Positions 24,364 through 38,907 of a stretch of DNA of 64,000 nucleotides are shown piece after piece. The notes under the pieces were generated by a model. The model ran no database searches. It had not been told where the DNA came from and saw only the letters and a list, made by a program, of their open reading frames with translations. Location: the NCBI GenBank assembly GCA_951406725.2, contig OX597814.1:197780001-197844000 (forward strand), in the 5' to 3' direction. Position numbers and translations under genes: made by a program. Source of the stretch: Octopus vulgaris. Taxonomy: Eukaryota. The stretch's first letter is position 1, and each line of letters begins with the position of its first letter.

Positions 24364-24576
24364 GGGCGGCGAGCTGGCAGGAACGTTAGCACGCCGGGCG
24401 AAATGCTTAGCGATATTCCGTCTGCCGTTGCATTCTGAGTTCAAATTCAGCCGAGGTCGACTTTGCCTTTCATCCTTTTGAGGTCGATAAATTAAGTACC
24501 AGTGAAACACTGGGGTCGATGTTATTGACTCATCCCTTCCTCCAAATTTCAGGCCTTGTACCTATAGTAGAAAGGA
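24364..24576 (+). mobile_element. SINE family A with the alternative tail (..AAATTTCAGGCCTTGTACCTATAGTAGAAAGGA)
   Basis: Homology to the other family A copies. Confidence 0.88.
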
Positions 24577-25916
24577 TACGAAATCTGACAAACAGACAGA
24601 CGAACAGATAGATAGATAGATACCAATGCACACTCACACACTTATATATGTATGCCTATATGCATGTGTATATATATATCAAATTATCATTAGAGACAGA
24701 AATCCTCATAAATTCATCAAATCAGAATATAAATTCAACCATGTCATAGAATATTATATTTAATACTTACTATTCATGTTCAAAGTTGTCGACTACACGT
24801 GTTTCGTGAAGTTGTATTCTATGTTCTTGAGACATCCAGTCTCTTACAGAATCTCCCCTTATATACAACCCCAATCTTCAGGTCTACCTATCTCCCATTT
24901 ACAATTTTATCTATCATTATATATATCAAACTATACAGATGTATAAATAAATTTCTGGTATACGTAAACATTTACATAGCTGTATGCCCATTATTTATAT
25001 GTATTCGTTCTGTTGCCATGAAATACACTTACACCAGATGCTGTCTACAAGTCAAGTCAAAAATAACATCGTTCTTCACAGTCTGATGGAGAAGAATCCG
25101 AAACGTTAGACTTTTTATTTCTCACCACAATCACCCTCGAACATACTCCTTACCGAATCAGATCCTTCGCCTCTTCCTTGGATTCCGGATTTTATCCTCA
25201 TAAAATACATTTCATTTTTCTTTTACAAAATACTTGAAGACAGCCAGCTTTTCAGTTAAACTTAATTTTATGTCTTCTAATTTCTTCCTTGTTTGTCTTC
25301 TGTTGATAAATGTATTATGTATTTGCATCCTATTGTCTTGGATTAGTTTCTGTTCTTTAGAATTCCGAGATAATTAAAAACTATATTACCTGTCAATACA
25401 ACAGAAGAATAATATATGTAAGGGAAACAAACATGTGGTCGTTATAAACAACCAACCGTTCATATTGTCCTGATTATTATAAATAGGTTTTATTAATAAA
25501 TACATATCCAACAAAACCATATGTGTATATATATGTGTGTGTGTGTGTTCCTGAGTGTGTAAATACATATAACTATATGTGTGTATATATATATGTGTGT
25601 GTGTGTGAGTGTATTTACATACACAAGGAAATATATCAACATTATATTGTATGAGTCTGTACACATATACACGTAGACACGCATATATGCACAAACAAAC
25701 GCAAACACACAGAGACGCACATATGATTATATGTGTCTATGACTATATATGTTTACATAGATATATATGTATATCTGTGTGTGTGTGCGAGGGTGTGTTT
25801 GCGTTCGCAAATATATGTACTCCTAAATGTATTCATATGTATGTATAATATATATAAACATAATATATATCATACATAATATAAATAAACATATATACTC
25901 ATGACATATATATATG

Positions 25917-25959
<43 letters not shown>

Positions 25960-26114
25960 ATATATTATAAACATACATATGTTTACAAAAGATAAATAGA
26001 TGATAAATAGATATACGTATATACACACATATATACATCGTCTATCTATTTTTCCGCATGTTGTGTTTTGTTGGTTTCCGTTTATTATGTTTTTCTGTCT
26101 TACTTTAAACTTAC

Positions 26115-26314
26115 ATATATATCTATATATACATATATACATAGGTATATATACATACATATATATATACACATATATGCACACATATATATACATATAT
26201 ACATATATATATATACATATATATATGTATACATATATATACATATATATCTATATATATACATATATAAACATAGATATATATATATATCTATATATAT
26301 ACATATATAAACAT

Positions 26315-26348
<34 letters not shown>

Positions 26349-26582
26349 ATAGATATATATATATAGATATATACAGATATATATAGATACATATATAGAT
26401 ATATATATATATACATATATATATATAGATATATACAGATATATATATACAGATATATATATACATAAACATATATATATACATATATATATATATACAT
26501 ATATATACATATATATATATACATATATATATATATACATATATATATATACATATAGATATATACAGATATATATATATAC

Positions 26583-26613
<31 letters not shown>

Positions 26614-26642
26614 CATATATATAAATACATACATATATATGT

Positions 26643-26681
<39 letters not shown>

Positions 26682-27490
26682 CATAATTAATAATATAAGT
26701 GTAATAAAGATTTAAGAAATTTTTACTACCAGTGGCCTAGCGTATAGAAAAATTTGTCAATAGACTATATATTATTCATATAAAATACACTGTACATTAA
26801 AACACATTAAGAGCATTGCATCATAGGAGTCCCTTACGTTAGAAGGAACAGTTAAAGTCCAAACCACTAATTAGAGATAGATTCTCGAAGGGAATGAAAA
26901 ACAAAAACAGTTACCATCTATTTCCTGGACCATGGTTTCAGACATATTTTAGCAAATAAAATAATTTGCTAGGCGAAGTTTTTTTCAACAGCTGAGGACT
27001 TTAGCTATTCCTTCTCGCGTAAGGGTGTTCTATGATTGAAACCTCTTAATGTGTTTAAATGTACACTGTATTTTATATACACATATATATATATATATAT
27101 ACATATACACATACATATATACACATATATATATACATATATACACATATATATATGCATACATATATATATGTATATATATATGTGTTTATATGTATAT
27201 ATATGTACATATATATATATATGTACATATATATATATACACATGCATATATATATGTACATATATATATACATACATATATATATACACGTATATATAT
27301 ATATATACATACATATACGCATATATACATACACATATATGTATATATATATACACATATATGTATATATATATACACATATATGTATACATATATATAT
27401 ACACATGTATATATATACACGTATGTATACGTATATAGACATATATATATATACACACACATAAATACATATATATGTATACATATATAT
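26115..27490. repeat. (TA)-rich microsatellite blocks flanking a ~370-bp non-simple insert (26690-27060)
   Basis: Directly visible. Confidence 0.85.
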
Positions 27491-28150
27491 ATAATACTTT
27501 GCATGTACCACGCCCTCGCCTTGTTTTTTTTCTGTTTTTTCTTCGTTTTTTTTTTTACTAATTATACACACGCACACACACACACACACATACATACATT
27601 ATAGTTTAGTTTAATCAGGTATATATGTTTCGCTTTTTGTTTTCCCACTTGTTTCTTTGCCATGTCCTCTTCCTTTTTTTCTTTTTTTTTTCTCTCTTTC
27701 TTTCTCTAAAGCTGACGTTATTAAAATTGATGAGAAATCAATGAACTTATGAGTATGAAGACATCTGGAATTTCCGAAATTGAATAAGTTTCCATTTCAC
27801 TAAGCCATGTTTTGTGATTAGACATTTTTGCGAATGAATTACGTTCGGAATTTTCTTGGTCCACGTATGAATATGTATGAACGAATACGTATGTGTGTAT
27901 GTGTTTGCATGAGAGAGAGAGAGAGAGAAAGAAAGAGATGGGGAGAAAGAGAGAGAAGGAAGTAGATATAGAGAAAGAACGGAATGGAAGAGATTGGTGG
28001 GGGGTGGGGGATATAGACACTGCGTGCGGTCACATGTGTGTGAATACCTAAAAGTGTAAGAACGTGACGCAAATGCATTCATCATATACACACACACACA
28101 CGTGTGTGTATGTGTCTGTGAGTGTGTGCGTGTTTATGCTAGTGTTTTAA

Positions 28151-28191
<41 letters not shown>

Positions 28192-28211
28192 GTATACACA
28201 TTTATACATAT

Positions 28212-28242
<31 letters not shown>

Positions 28243-28258
28243 CACATTTATACATATA

Positions 28259-28289
<31 letters not shown>

Positions 28290-28357
28290 ATTTATACATA
28301 TACACATATATATATATATATATATATACACACTCATTTATACATACACACACACAG

Positions 28358-28391
<34 letters not shown>

Positions 28392-29119
28392 GTGTGTGGT
28401 GTGTAAACCAAATACATATATAAAATATAATGTACATAGATAATATATAAGTATATATATATTTAAACATATATAAATCTATATATACATTGTGTATATA
28501 TATATGTGTCTGTGTGTGTGTGTGTGTGTGTGGAGTGAGTATATATATGTGCATATATACATGCTCATACATATGTGAATGTATGTATATATGTGTGTGT
28601 GAGTGTGTGTCAGTATATATATATATGTATATATATATATAGATATATATATATGTATGTGTGTGTGTGTGTGTGTGTATGTGTGTGTGTGTGTATACGC
28701 ATATGTATATATCTGTGTGTGAAACGGCTGGAGAGAGAGAGAAAGAGAGACTGCCTGTGTTTGGATGTCTAATTGTGCTTCTGTAGAAATGTCTGTGTGT
28801 GTTTACATGTGCCTTTGTGTGTGTCTGTATGTGCTTTTGTGTGTATGTTTATATGTGCTTCTGTGCAAACTTCTGTATGTTTCTATATGTGCTTTTGTGT
28901 GTATGTATGTGTGCGTATGTGTGTTTGTGTGTACATGAATGAATGTGAATTTATTAGTAGAAAAAAAAGCATATTTTAATGATTCGATAATTCTTTTGTT
29001 TACACTCAACGAAACCTTGAAAATGTTTATCTTTTTAGAATTTAAGACATTATTTCGGGGTGGATGGCCGCTGCCAGATTATTCCACTTCATATATTGTA
29101 TTCTTCAATGTTTTCCTTA

Positions 29120-29122
<3 letters not shown>

Positions 29123-29154
<32 letters not shown>

Positions 29155-29277
29155 GTCATTATGATCATTATTAGTATGATTATTATTATCATGATTATTA
29201 TTATCATGATTATTATTATTATTATTATTATCATGATTATTATTATTATCATGATGATTATTATTATTATTATCATG

Positions 29278-29315
<38 letters not shown>

Positions 29316-29505
29316 CTGGTTTTAATTGTTCTTTTACTTTTATCATTTGTTTATTTCTATCCATCAAAAATATGTGTACAAGAAAAACATTAATAACATA
29401 ACAACAAAGGCAACAATAGCAGCAGCAACAGCAACAACAACAACAACAACAGCAACAACAACAACAACAACAGCAACAACAACAACAACAATAATAATAA
29501 TAATA
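29123..29505. repeat. (ATT)/(ATC) and (ACA)/(AAT) microsatellites
   Basis: Directly visible. Confidence 0.9.
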
Positions 29506-29957
29506 GTCTTTATTTGCCACAAGGACTCGAAAAGATACAGAAAATTACAAAGTAACGTTAAACAAGAGAGCTTACAAAGACGTGTGAGGTGGGACGGACA
29601 AAGAATACAATGGCGAGTGTTAGCATGAAACACGTTATACAAAGAATTAAAAATTTTTATAAAGGATAAATATTTACATTGTAAAATACACAATAATTAA
29701 AGCAAGATATTTGTATAAAAATTAAACATTCACTTGGGTTGATCAGGGTACGCCATGTTTCTGATTACACTCCACTTCTGCTTTATTCGTGTATTAATCG
29801 TGACTTTAAATTCCGAAATCTTCTGTGAGGAGCACTTATAGTGAATGAGTGAGACCCTGTATCCTCTGGATCGTTTAATTTGTGATATACAGTAATTTAT
29901 AATATACAGAAGTTTATACGATTATTCTATCTTTTTTTTTTTATTTTTTTTTTTGCT

Positions 29958-30527
29958 TTATTACCCACAAAGGGCTAAACATAGAGGGAACAGACAAAGG
30001 GATTAGGTTGATTACATCAACTCCAGTGTGAAACTGGTACTTAATTTATCGACCCTGAAAGGATGAAAGGCAAAGTCGACCTCGGCGGAATTTAACGGCA
30101 GACTAAATACCTATTTCTTTACTACCCACCAAGGGGCTAAACAAACAGAGGACAAACAAGGACAGACAAACGGATTAAGTCGATTATATCGACCCCAGTG
30201 CGTAACTGGTACTTAATTTATCGACTCCGAAAGGATGAAAGGCAAAGTCGATCTCGGCGGAATTTGAATTCAGAATGTAACGGCAGACAAAATAGCTATT
30301 TCTTTACTACCCACAAGGGGCTAAACACAGAGAGGACAAACAAGGACAGACAAATGCATTAAGTCGATTATATCGACCCTAGTGCGTAACTGGTACTTAA
30401 TTTATCGACCCCGAAAGGATGAAAGGCAAAGTCGACCTCGGAGGAATTTGAACTCAGAATGTAACGGCAGACAAAATACCGATAAGCATTTCGCCAGGCG
30501 CGCTAATGTTTCTGCTAGCTCGCTGCC
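29958..30527 (-). mobile_element. SINE family A trimer
   Basis: Three cores; only the unit at the 30527 end has the full head. Confidence 0.88.
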
Positions 30528-30947
30528 TATCCTTTTTGTACTGTTTTGGACTGTGGTACTATTCCTTCTTCATTTATATTTCGTCTCCAAATTCCTTGAA
30601 CACAATGTATTTTGTCTTATTGTCTTTGTGCCAAACAAGGTTTGAGGCCATTGTAAGTGACAAGAAGGATCAAAAAGAGGCTAAACATTCAAAATGGTGT
30701 CGAGCAGAGGAAAACAAGATTATGGTAATGAGTTGCAAAGAGCAGACGTTTGTGGAAAGAAGCTATGAGAATAAAAGGACTTATGACTAACAGAAAGCTC
30801 AACAGGGAAACAATACATCCAGGAAGAGGAACGGGTGACACGTTTAAAGGTTTTGACAGAGGGTATTAGACCAGAATGTTCGTCAGAGCAATAACCATGG
30901 AAATACTTATAGGAAAGACACAACGAAGATACTCAAATATCTTATTA

Positions 30948-31172
30948 TTGGGTTGTCCGGAAAGTTTGTGCCGATTTTTAAAGGAAAGAAAAAGGTCAAT
31001 AAATACTTGCCATTACATTTTTAATCAACCAAATATGAACCATTTTGTTGCACAATGCGTCTCCATCTTTCCTTTAACTTGAAAATACCCTCTTCTCAGA
31101 ATTGAGGTGCCTGTGAGGGTAAGTCGAAAAGTAAGCTAATATAAATCGGCACGAATTTTCCAGATAACTCAA
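30948..31172 (-). mobile_element. Internally deleted mariner element (225 bp)
   Basis: TIRs TTGGGTTGTCCGGAAAGTTTGTGCCGATTT / AAATCGGCACGAATTTTCCAGATAACTCAA, TA on both sides; the minus strand encodes the transposase C-terminus GIFKLKERWRRIVQQNGSYLVD*. Confidence 0.88.
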
Positions 31173-31887
31173 TAGATCTTTTTAAGTCTATTATAGCAAA
31201 AGACTTCGAATTTCATTTCGTTCCTTTACACATGGCATCGGCTCGTCTTCATAAGATGGGTCTTCCTCGCAGGTAGTATGTGAGATATACCGTCTCCTCT
31301 TCGCGGGAAGTGTGAGGTGTACCCCACTTCACATTCTATAGCAGTTATTTTTCTCCATTGGGTCCTTTCGTTTACATTTTTTTTTGCTGTTGTTGTTTTT
31401 GTTTTAGGCAATCTACTTATCAATGAGGTTCCCATCCTCATAAGTCAATGGGATAACACTGTTGCTAAAAGGTACTTCCTAGTCGTTTACTACAGGATAT
31501 TGTTGGTGTAGCAACTTGTTACTTGTCTTCATTTGTCGTAGCTGAGAGAGGAATCCCTTGTGTTTCATGGTTATCTCCACATAAGGGCTGCGCAGCTTTA
31601 TTATTTTTCTTCATGATAATAGTAGTTGTAGTATATGTGTGTGAGGGTGGGGTATGCATACATATGGATATGAATACGCATGTATGTACATTCATAATGT
31701 GTTTAATAATGTATTTAAAACAGTAACGACTGCCGAAAATAAGGCTCAATACCTAGATGGAGTCTAAACATTTTATTGGACAGAATTACAGAGCGATTGT
31801 GACTTCGAAGTTTAGCCATTTCATCCGACTTCGAAATGCTGCACAATCATTCTACATTTCTGTCAAATAAAATATGTCTGTTGCTGT

Positions 31888-31946
<59 letters not shown>

Positions 31947-32071
31947 GCGCGCGTGTGTGTTTACTGTCAAAGTTTGCATGCTCCATCGATAGACGGAAAA
32001 CCTTAATTTTTTTCCCTTAACCATTTTTTCTTAACTCTCTCTCTTACTTTTTCTCGCTTGCTTGCGCTCTG

Positions 32072-32138
<67 letters not shown>

Positions 32139-33392
32139 CATTCCTCAGTCACACATACATTCTCACTGAGAGACGCTCATAAACAATTTCCGCTTCATAC
32201 TTTCTGTTTTATATATCTCTCCTATTCTATCATGCACTCTCTCTCTTTTCACTTACTTTGACTTTTCCTCTCACTATCCATTTCTTTCTTCTTCCTTTGT
32301 GTCTCCCCTTCCACCTCTGTTTCTATCTATCTATCTGCCTCTGAAATTCTTTTATCCTCCTTTACATTCTGTTTTTTTTATTACTTTTCTATACCACATA
32401 TTCAGTAAATAACAGAAATACGTTAGTACAGTACGTGGTTTTTTAACATCAATAAACGAACGAAGTTTACGCATGAACAGTTCCCAATACGTCATTTCCG
32501 TTCGACATGCGTGCTTGGTGAGGTAGTCATTCAAAGTAACAGAAACAAGACAAAAGAGACAATAGTACAAAAATTCTTTATCGCCATTAAGCTAAAACTT
32601 TGTCAATATACAGGCTTTTTAACCATGACGTAATATAGTATATTGGTTAAGGTAGAGTCTGTGTGTTATGTTATATATTAGAGATAAAATTACAGTAATG
32701 CAGACACTAGAAAGTAATGTAGGTGTTGCGGCATGAGTAAGGCGCTTGCTTCCTAGCTGTATGGCTTGGGATTCCATTTTGCTGCCTGGCACCTCAAAGA
32801 AGCGTCATCTATTCTAACCATGCGCTGAGGTATGCATGAAAGTGAAAGTAAATATACATGCAGACACACACGACCTTGTATATTTATGTACGTATATACA
32901 TACATATGCACATATATATTTATATTCATGTGTATGTGTGCATCAAATGGATGTTTTATAAAACTATTCCGCACTTTATAAAACTATTCCGCAATAACAG
33001 CCATACCGACAATCCAACATACCTCCATCATCAGCTGCCCCACGGATATCACTATGGTTTCGACAACTGGGCAGAACCATTCAAGCCGGCAGTGTCAACA
33101 GCACTAAAATAAATATTGTTTAGGAACAAACATACGTTAGCTACCACCGCATTTATTGAATCTTAATTCTAAGAAGGATTAAACACAAACATTATTAATT
33201 AAACTACACAAAGAAACCACATTTACCCTATGTACAAAAACAGTATCGGTAGATAAATTCAGTAAGTAAACCTTTAACTAATTCCTAAATTATCTAAATA
33301 GTAACCTAGCCCTTGAAGTCCATACAGATAATATTCCTACTGGTCTTCCATATTTATTAATATAAAAGTGAAAGCTTATATATATTTTTTTT

Positions 33393-33642
33393 CCTTTTTC
33401 GTTTTATATTGCATCCAGCCGCCCTCGTTATGATATATATATATATATACGAGGGCGGCGCTAGATGTAATATAAAACGAAAAAGGTAAATTTCAGTTGT
33501 CCACTAATACTAACTGAGGGTGCAGGGTAGCATCTACTTTGCTAAAAACAACAGTCAAAGACTCTTATAGCTGCAGAAAGCACATTCTATGTACTGACAG
33601 GGGATATAACCGCCCCGCAGCGAGCGGGCTCACTATACTAGT
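33393..33642 (+). mobile_element. Helitron-like remnant with an internal inverted repeat
   Basis: ~36-bp inverted arms (33393-33486) around (AT)n; CCCGC-AGCGA-GCGGG hairpin followed by CTAG-T at 33638-33642. Confidence 0.5.
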
Positions 33643-34404
33643 AAGCTAGTTTCTCTTGAAATTAAGGCTCATCAGTAGTGACTACTCCATCGCTTATGGT
33701 TAAACGAAATCCTAGCTGTTAGTATATTTAGTATTTACCATATGAATCAATGGATGATTCAGCAAAATAATGTCAAAGGACACAACTCGCTGTTGGGTAT
33801 CGAACACACGATCGAAAGATCGTGAGCCAAATTTTCCTAACCCCTAAGCCACGCTTCTTCACACACACACACACACACACATACATGAACGATGAAAAGG
33901 AGTGGATATGATTTCTTTATTTATGAATTAATGCTACCATTGGTTTCATGTTAAAAGTAGGAAAATGTCCTAGTGTCTTAACAATTTTTTCAAGAAATCC
34001 AGATGGAGAAAGGTTTTCACCTCTATTTTGGAAAACAGAGCCTCATCTAATCGTGAATTCACATGAATAAAACAATAAATCAAGGAACGTTACTCTTATG
34101 TGACATCTTTTGGATGTTTGCTTCCCTTGGATTTGGATTTTGGACAAGTTGTTTTGTGGTTAATAAGTTTGCATTATTTTGTTTTTGTTCTGGGCATGGT
34201 ATTCTTATACTTGTATACTGAGGTAGTTTTTCATTGGGGAATATTTCTTCTGTGTATGCAGTTTGTGTGCTATGTGTGTTCAGATTTCACATTTAGGAAA
34301 GAGGTGGGTATCCTGGTAGGATTGCCGTTGCAGGTAGTGGCTCTCATTTCAAATTTTTGTGGATTTTGTGTTCTATGTGCGATCAGATTTCAGTTTGTGT
34401 GTTA

Positions 34405-34458
<54 letters not shown>

Positions 34459-35610
34459 GAGGGGGAGGTAGGAGAGAGCATAAGTTACGAAGTGCTATAT
34501 CAAAATGTTTAAGACAAACAGCTAACCAGAACTTACAAAAAATATGGAAACGATGAGCATTATGAAAAACTGTTATACTTACTAGATAATCAGTTAATAT
34601 CGTAAAATTTCGTATAGACACACGCATGCACACACACACACACAAACGTACACATATACACGCTACTGAATTCAGTTTGCAAGTATGTATGGGCGTATAT
34701 ATTAGTGTTGGGGAATTTCGTCAACGATAGCTGTACAGAAACATTCGTTCGTGATTGAGGATTGGCTGCACACTGGAAATACCAAGTTGACAAGCCACTG
34801 GAGCGTCCTAAATATTTTTCACTCTTCGTTTGTACGTGGTGGATCTTCAGATTGCTACTTGGGAGGGAGGGAGGGAGGGAGGGAGGGAGGGAGGGATGGA
34901 TGGATGGATGGATGGATGGATGGATATAATTTTTTCTGACATTCTCTTTCTCTCGCGCTTCCTCCTTCACTCTATTACTACTATGTTCCTCCTTCATCTC
35001 GCGTTCTTTTTGAAAAAGGGCGAACATCCAAAGCGTCAAGACACCCCCAATATCTTTCAAGTGTTAAAGTAATACGATACCATCGCACGTTGCCCTAAAC
35101 AGTATCATAAGCAAACACTGCTATCCATCCTCTGACTAAACCTCTAAAACAAAAGATAGAGTCTGATTTAAAGATGTCACTAACGCTTCATAAAATTTCA
35201 CTGTCACATTATAAATTGAATTATCGAGTTGCCTGTCGGTATTCTTTTTATCAAAACAAACTAACTTTTAGTTTTGATATTTCTCTCGCAATCTTGAATA
35301 AATTATCTATATTGTTCTGGGCGTAATTTCAACTTTTCTGTTTTCCTCTTCCATATAATCTAATTACACAAACAAATTTTGGTGAAATATATCACATGAA
35401 CCGCAGACTTAATCTATCACCCAGATTAACACCCCTTAAACGAACTAAATGTGGGATCGTTTCGTGGTTTCGAAACAGATTGTCATTTAATAATTCCAAT
35501 AAAAGCAAACAGTCGAATAATTATATGATCTACGGTCGTAATCCATTCGTTTCGGAACTTAGAAATTGAAGTAGATGCAATTCCAGGTCAACTCAACCAA
35601 CGGAACCTAT

Positions 35611-36014
35611 ATTCTTTACTACTCTAGGCACAAGGCCCGAAATTTTGGAGGAGATGGCCAGTCAATTAGATTGACTGACTCCAGTAGGCAACTGGTACTT
35701 AATTTATCGACTCCGAGAGGATGAAAGGCAAAGTCGACCTCGGCGGAATTTGAACTCAGAACGTAAAGACGGACGAAATATCTATTTCTTTACTACCCAC
35801 AAGGGGCTAAACACAGAGAGAACAAACAAGGACAGACAACCGGATTAAGTCGATTATATCGATCCCAGTGCGTAACTAGTACTTATTTAATCGACCCCGA
35901 AAGGATGAAAGGCAAAGTCGACCTCGGCTGAATTTGAACTCAGAACGTAGCGGCAGACGAAATACCGCTAAGCATTTCGCCCGGCGCGCTAACGTTTCTA
36001 TGAGCTCGCCGCCT
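35611..36014 (-). mobile_element. SINE family A dimer inside one TSD
   Basis: ACGGAACCTATATTCT at ~35600 and ~36017. Confidence 0.9.
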
Positions 36015-36436
36015 TACGGAACCTATATTCTCACCGTCCAAGTCTATTCAATGACTCATGGAATCGTAAATATAGATGCTTTTAACAACTGGCGTCCTTG
36101 TGTGACATTAGTAGAGTATCCGGTCGAAAACTCCGGTTTGTGGCTGAGATCTTCCTTTCTTCTTATTAGTGTGGAAGGACCTATAAAAGCGTTTTGGCTT
36201 TGATCCGTCTTCCTCTAAGTCATCCGAGCAAGTCACGCAGAAAAAAAATTTGACTCATACCAATTTATAAGTCATAAAATCTTCCTAAGATTTAACAGTG
36301 TGTACTTTTCAATTTTTATATTGATGGGATGAAATCATTTTTAAAGCTAAGCCGCATCTATATGGACTAAATGTCATTTAGAAATTGAGTAGGAACGAAC
36401 AAGAAAAAACAGACAAATGTGTGCACATATGTATAT

Positions 36437-36843
36437 ACTAGCTGGTGTACCCGGTAATTTCCAGGGGTAAAGATGTTCTATTAAAACGCCTTATTACTCT
36501 GATATAAGAAAGACATTTCGTTATAACTGCCACAAAAAGTGTATTTTCCGTCAAGAAAAAGTACAAAAATTTATCATCTGGAGGAGGGAGAGATTGTTGG
36601 AGGTTGGCGAGAGGCAAAGTCATTATTCTGTTTAGCGAAGGCATCTTAGAAATGTATAACTGGTGTCATTCACAGTAAAAACTATTGTTTTACCGAAAGA
36701 AAAGCGCTGTTGAAGTGTTAAGTGAAATTTGGAAATCAAGGATCGAATCCACGCTATGTCTGCATGAAGCCACTACAAATACTTTGGGGAATAAAAAAAT
36801 TTATCTATTGTCATGGAAAAAATGTAACTGTATAAATGTAGAA
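36437..36843 (-). mobile_element. Non-autonomous Helitron-like element
   Basis: ACTAG followed by a CCCGG..CCAGGG hairpin at one end; TATAAATGTAGA at the other. Confidence 0.45.
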
Positions 36844-37059
36844 TTATCGGAGTAGTGGGTATTCAAAAAAGTATGTATGTATAGAAATGTATGAATTAAT
36901 TCTTTAAGGTTTAGGATTCAAATTAAGGAAGTGCAATAATAATGTTTAGCAGCTCAAAACTGAACTGAATTAGTTCAGCTTATACTAAGAAAGACACATT
37001 ACAAAACAAAAGTTTAATTCTGTTAAAGATGATTATGTCTATGTTCATAAGTATGCTTG

Positions 37060-37092
<33 letters not shown>

Positions 37093-37094
37093 TA

Positions 37095-37195
37095 TATCGG
37101 TCTCTTTTTGCCGAACTGCTAAGTTACAGGGTAGTAAATACACCAGCATCGGTTGTCAAGTGATGGGGGGGGAGCAAACACAGACACACACACAA

Positions 37196-37226
<31 letters not shown>

Positions 37227-37382
37227 ACGGGCTTCTTTTAGTTTCCGTCTTCCAAATCCACTCACAAGGCTTTGGTCGGCCCGAGGCTATAGTAGACGAT
37301 ACTTACCCAAGGTGCCACACAGTGGAACTGAACCCGGAACCATGTGGTTGGGAAGCAAGCTTCTTACCACACAGCCACGCCT
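37095..37382 (-). mobile_element. SINE family B, 3'-truncated
   Basis: Homology to other family B copies. Confidence 0.85.
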
Positions 37383-37475
37383 ACGTGTAACTTTATTCAG
37401 TATTTCAAAAATACATGGTTATATATACATACATGTAAATATAATATTTATATATATATTTATGCGTGTGTTTGT

Positions 37476-37520
<45 letters not shown>

Positions 37521-38509
37521 ATGATAGTTGTAGACACACACACGCGCGCATATATATATAAGTGTCCATGTGTGCGTGTTATATTGTATACGGACATAAA
37601 ATAGTACGAGCCAAAATTCCATATATTTTATGAGATTAATTAAAGCATAATGAAGGTCCTTATAAGTTATTCAACGTAGACACATGAACAGCAGCCCCCG
37701 CTTGTATTTGTCAATCAATCTATACCTATTTGGTAATGAATACCAGAAATGCCAGAGCAAATATTTGAACCAGTTTCAAATGAGAAAAGAAGTCCATTGA
37801 GAAAAATATTATTTTGACTCTTAATTCCAGAACCGAACACATGTGAGAACCGGGAATTGTGAAAGTGTAATCATTTATCAATTATTTATGAGTTTAGGTT
37901 CTAGATTCTATATGAAAATGCAATCAAGTCGTTTAAAGTACCGCTCTCTTGGCGATTAACTTTACTTGCACGAACCTGCTTCGCTAGAAATCACCAAGAA
38001 TTGGCGCTAGAATAGAATTGATTATTAACAAACGTTTCATTGCTTTATACTTTTGATATCGAGTCGTTTCTAAGACTTATTTGGCTTTCGTCTCTTTTAT
38101 ATACCTAAGCCATGAATAGTAAAGTTACAATAATGTTAAATTTCAAATAGTACACAATGACATCGAACAAATAACCACGTCTTTCAAGAAATATGGACAA
38201 CAGCCTTTCGATAATAAAATAAATCCCTGCCTCTTTCAATAGGAAGAATAACCAATACTATTTTAATCAGTTTTTCTTTTGGGTTTCAGATACCATATAT
38301 CCAATTATAAGTGAAGATTATTATTATGTTTGCCAACGTTATTGTCAATATCATCATTTACAACGTCGTAATCTTAACCGGAAGTGGTAGGATGTTGTCA
38401 TCATCATTGACAATTTCAAAAGTAGAAGTCGTTTAAACATCATTTTGAGTTTTATTTTTATGAATATAGAAAATGTAAAGTAAATTTCAGTCAATTTGTC
38501 GAAGACTTA

Positions 38510-38907
38510 CTCTTTTACTAGTTTCAGTCATTTGACTGCGGCCATGCTGGAGTACCGCCTTTAGTCGAGCAAATCGACCCCGGGACTTATTCTTTGTAAG
38601 CCTAGTACTTATTCTATCGGTCTCTTATGCCGAACCGCTAAGTTACAGGGACGTGAATACACCAGCATCGGTTGTCAAGCGATGTTGGGGGAACAAACAC
38701 AGGCACACAAACATATACACACACATATATATATAAACATATATACGATGGACTTCTTTCAGTTTCAGTCTACCAAATCCACTCACAAGGCTTTGGTCGG
38801 CCCGCGGCTATAGTAGAAGACACTTGCCCAAGGTGCCACGCAGTGGGACTGAACCCGGAACCATGTGGTTGGTAAGCAAGTTACTTACCATACAGCCACT
38901 CCTGCGC
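38510..38907 (-). mobile_element. SINE family B
   Basis: Full-length homology. Confidence 0.9.

Noticed and set aside
29505-29880. Possible L1/Tx1 3' end on the minus strand (AATAAA before a TTA/TTG tract)
   Set aside because: The protein similarity is too weak to support by eye.
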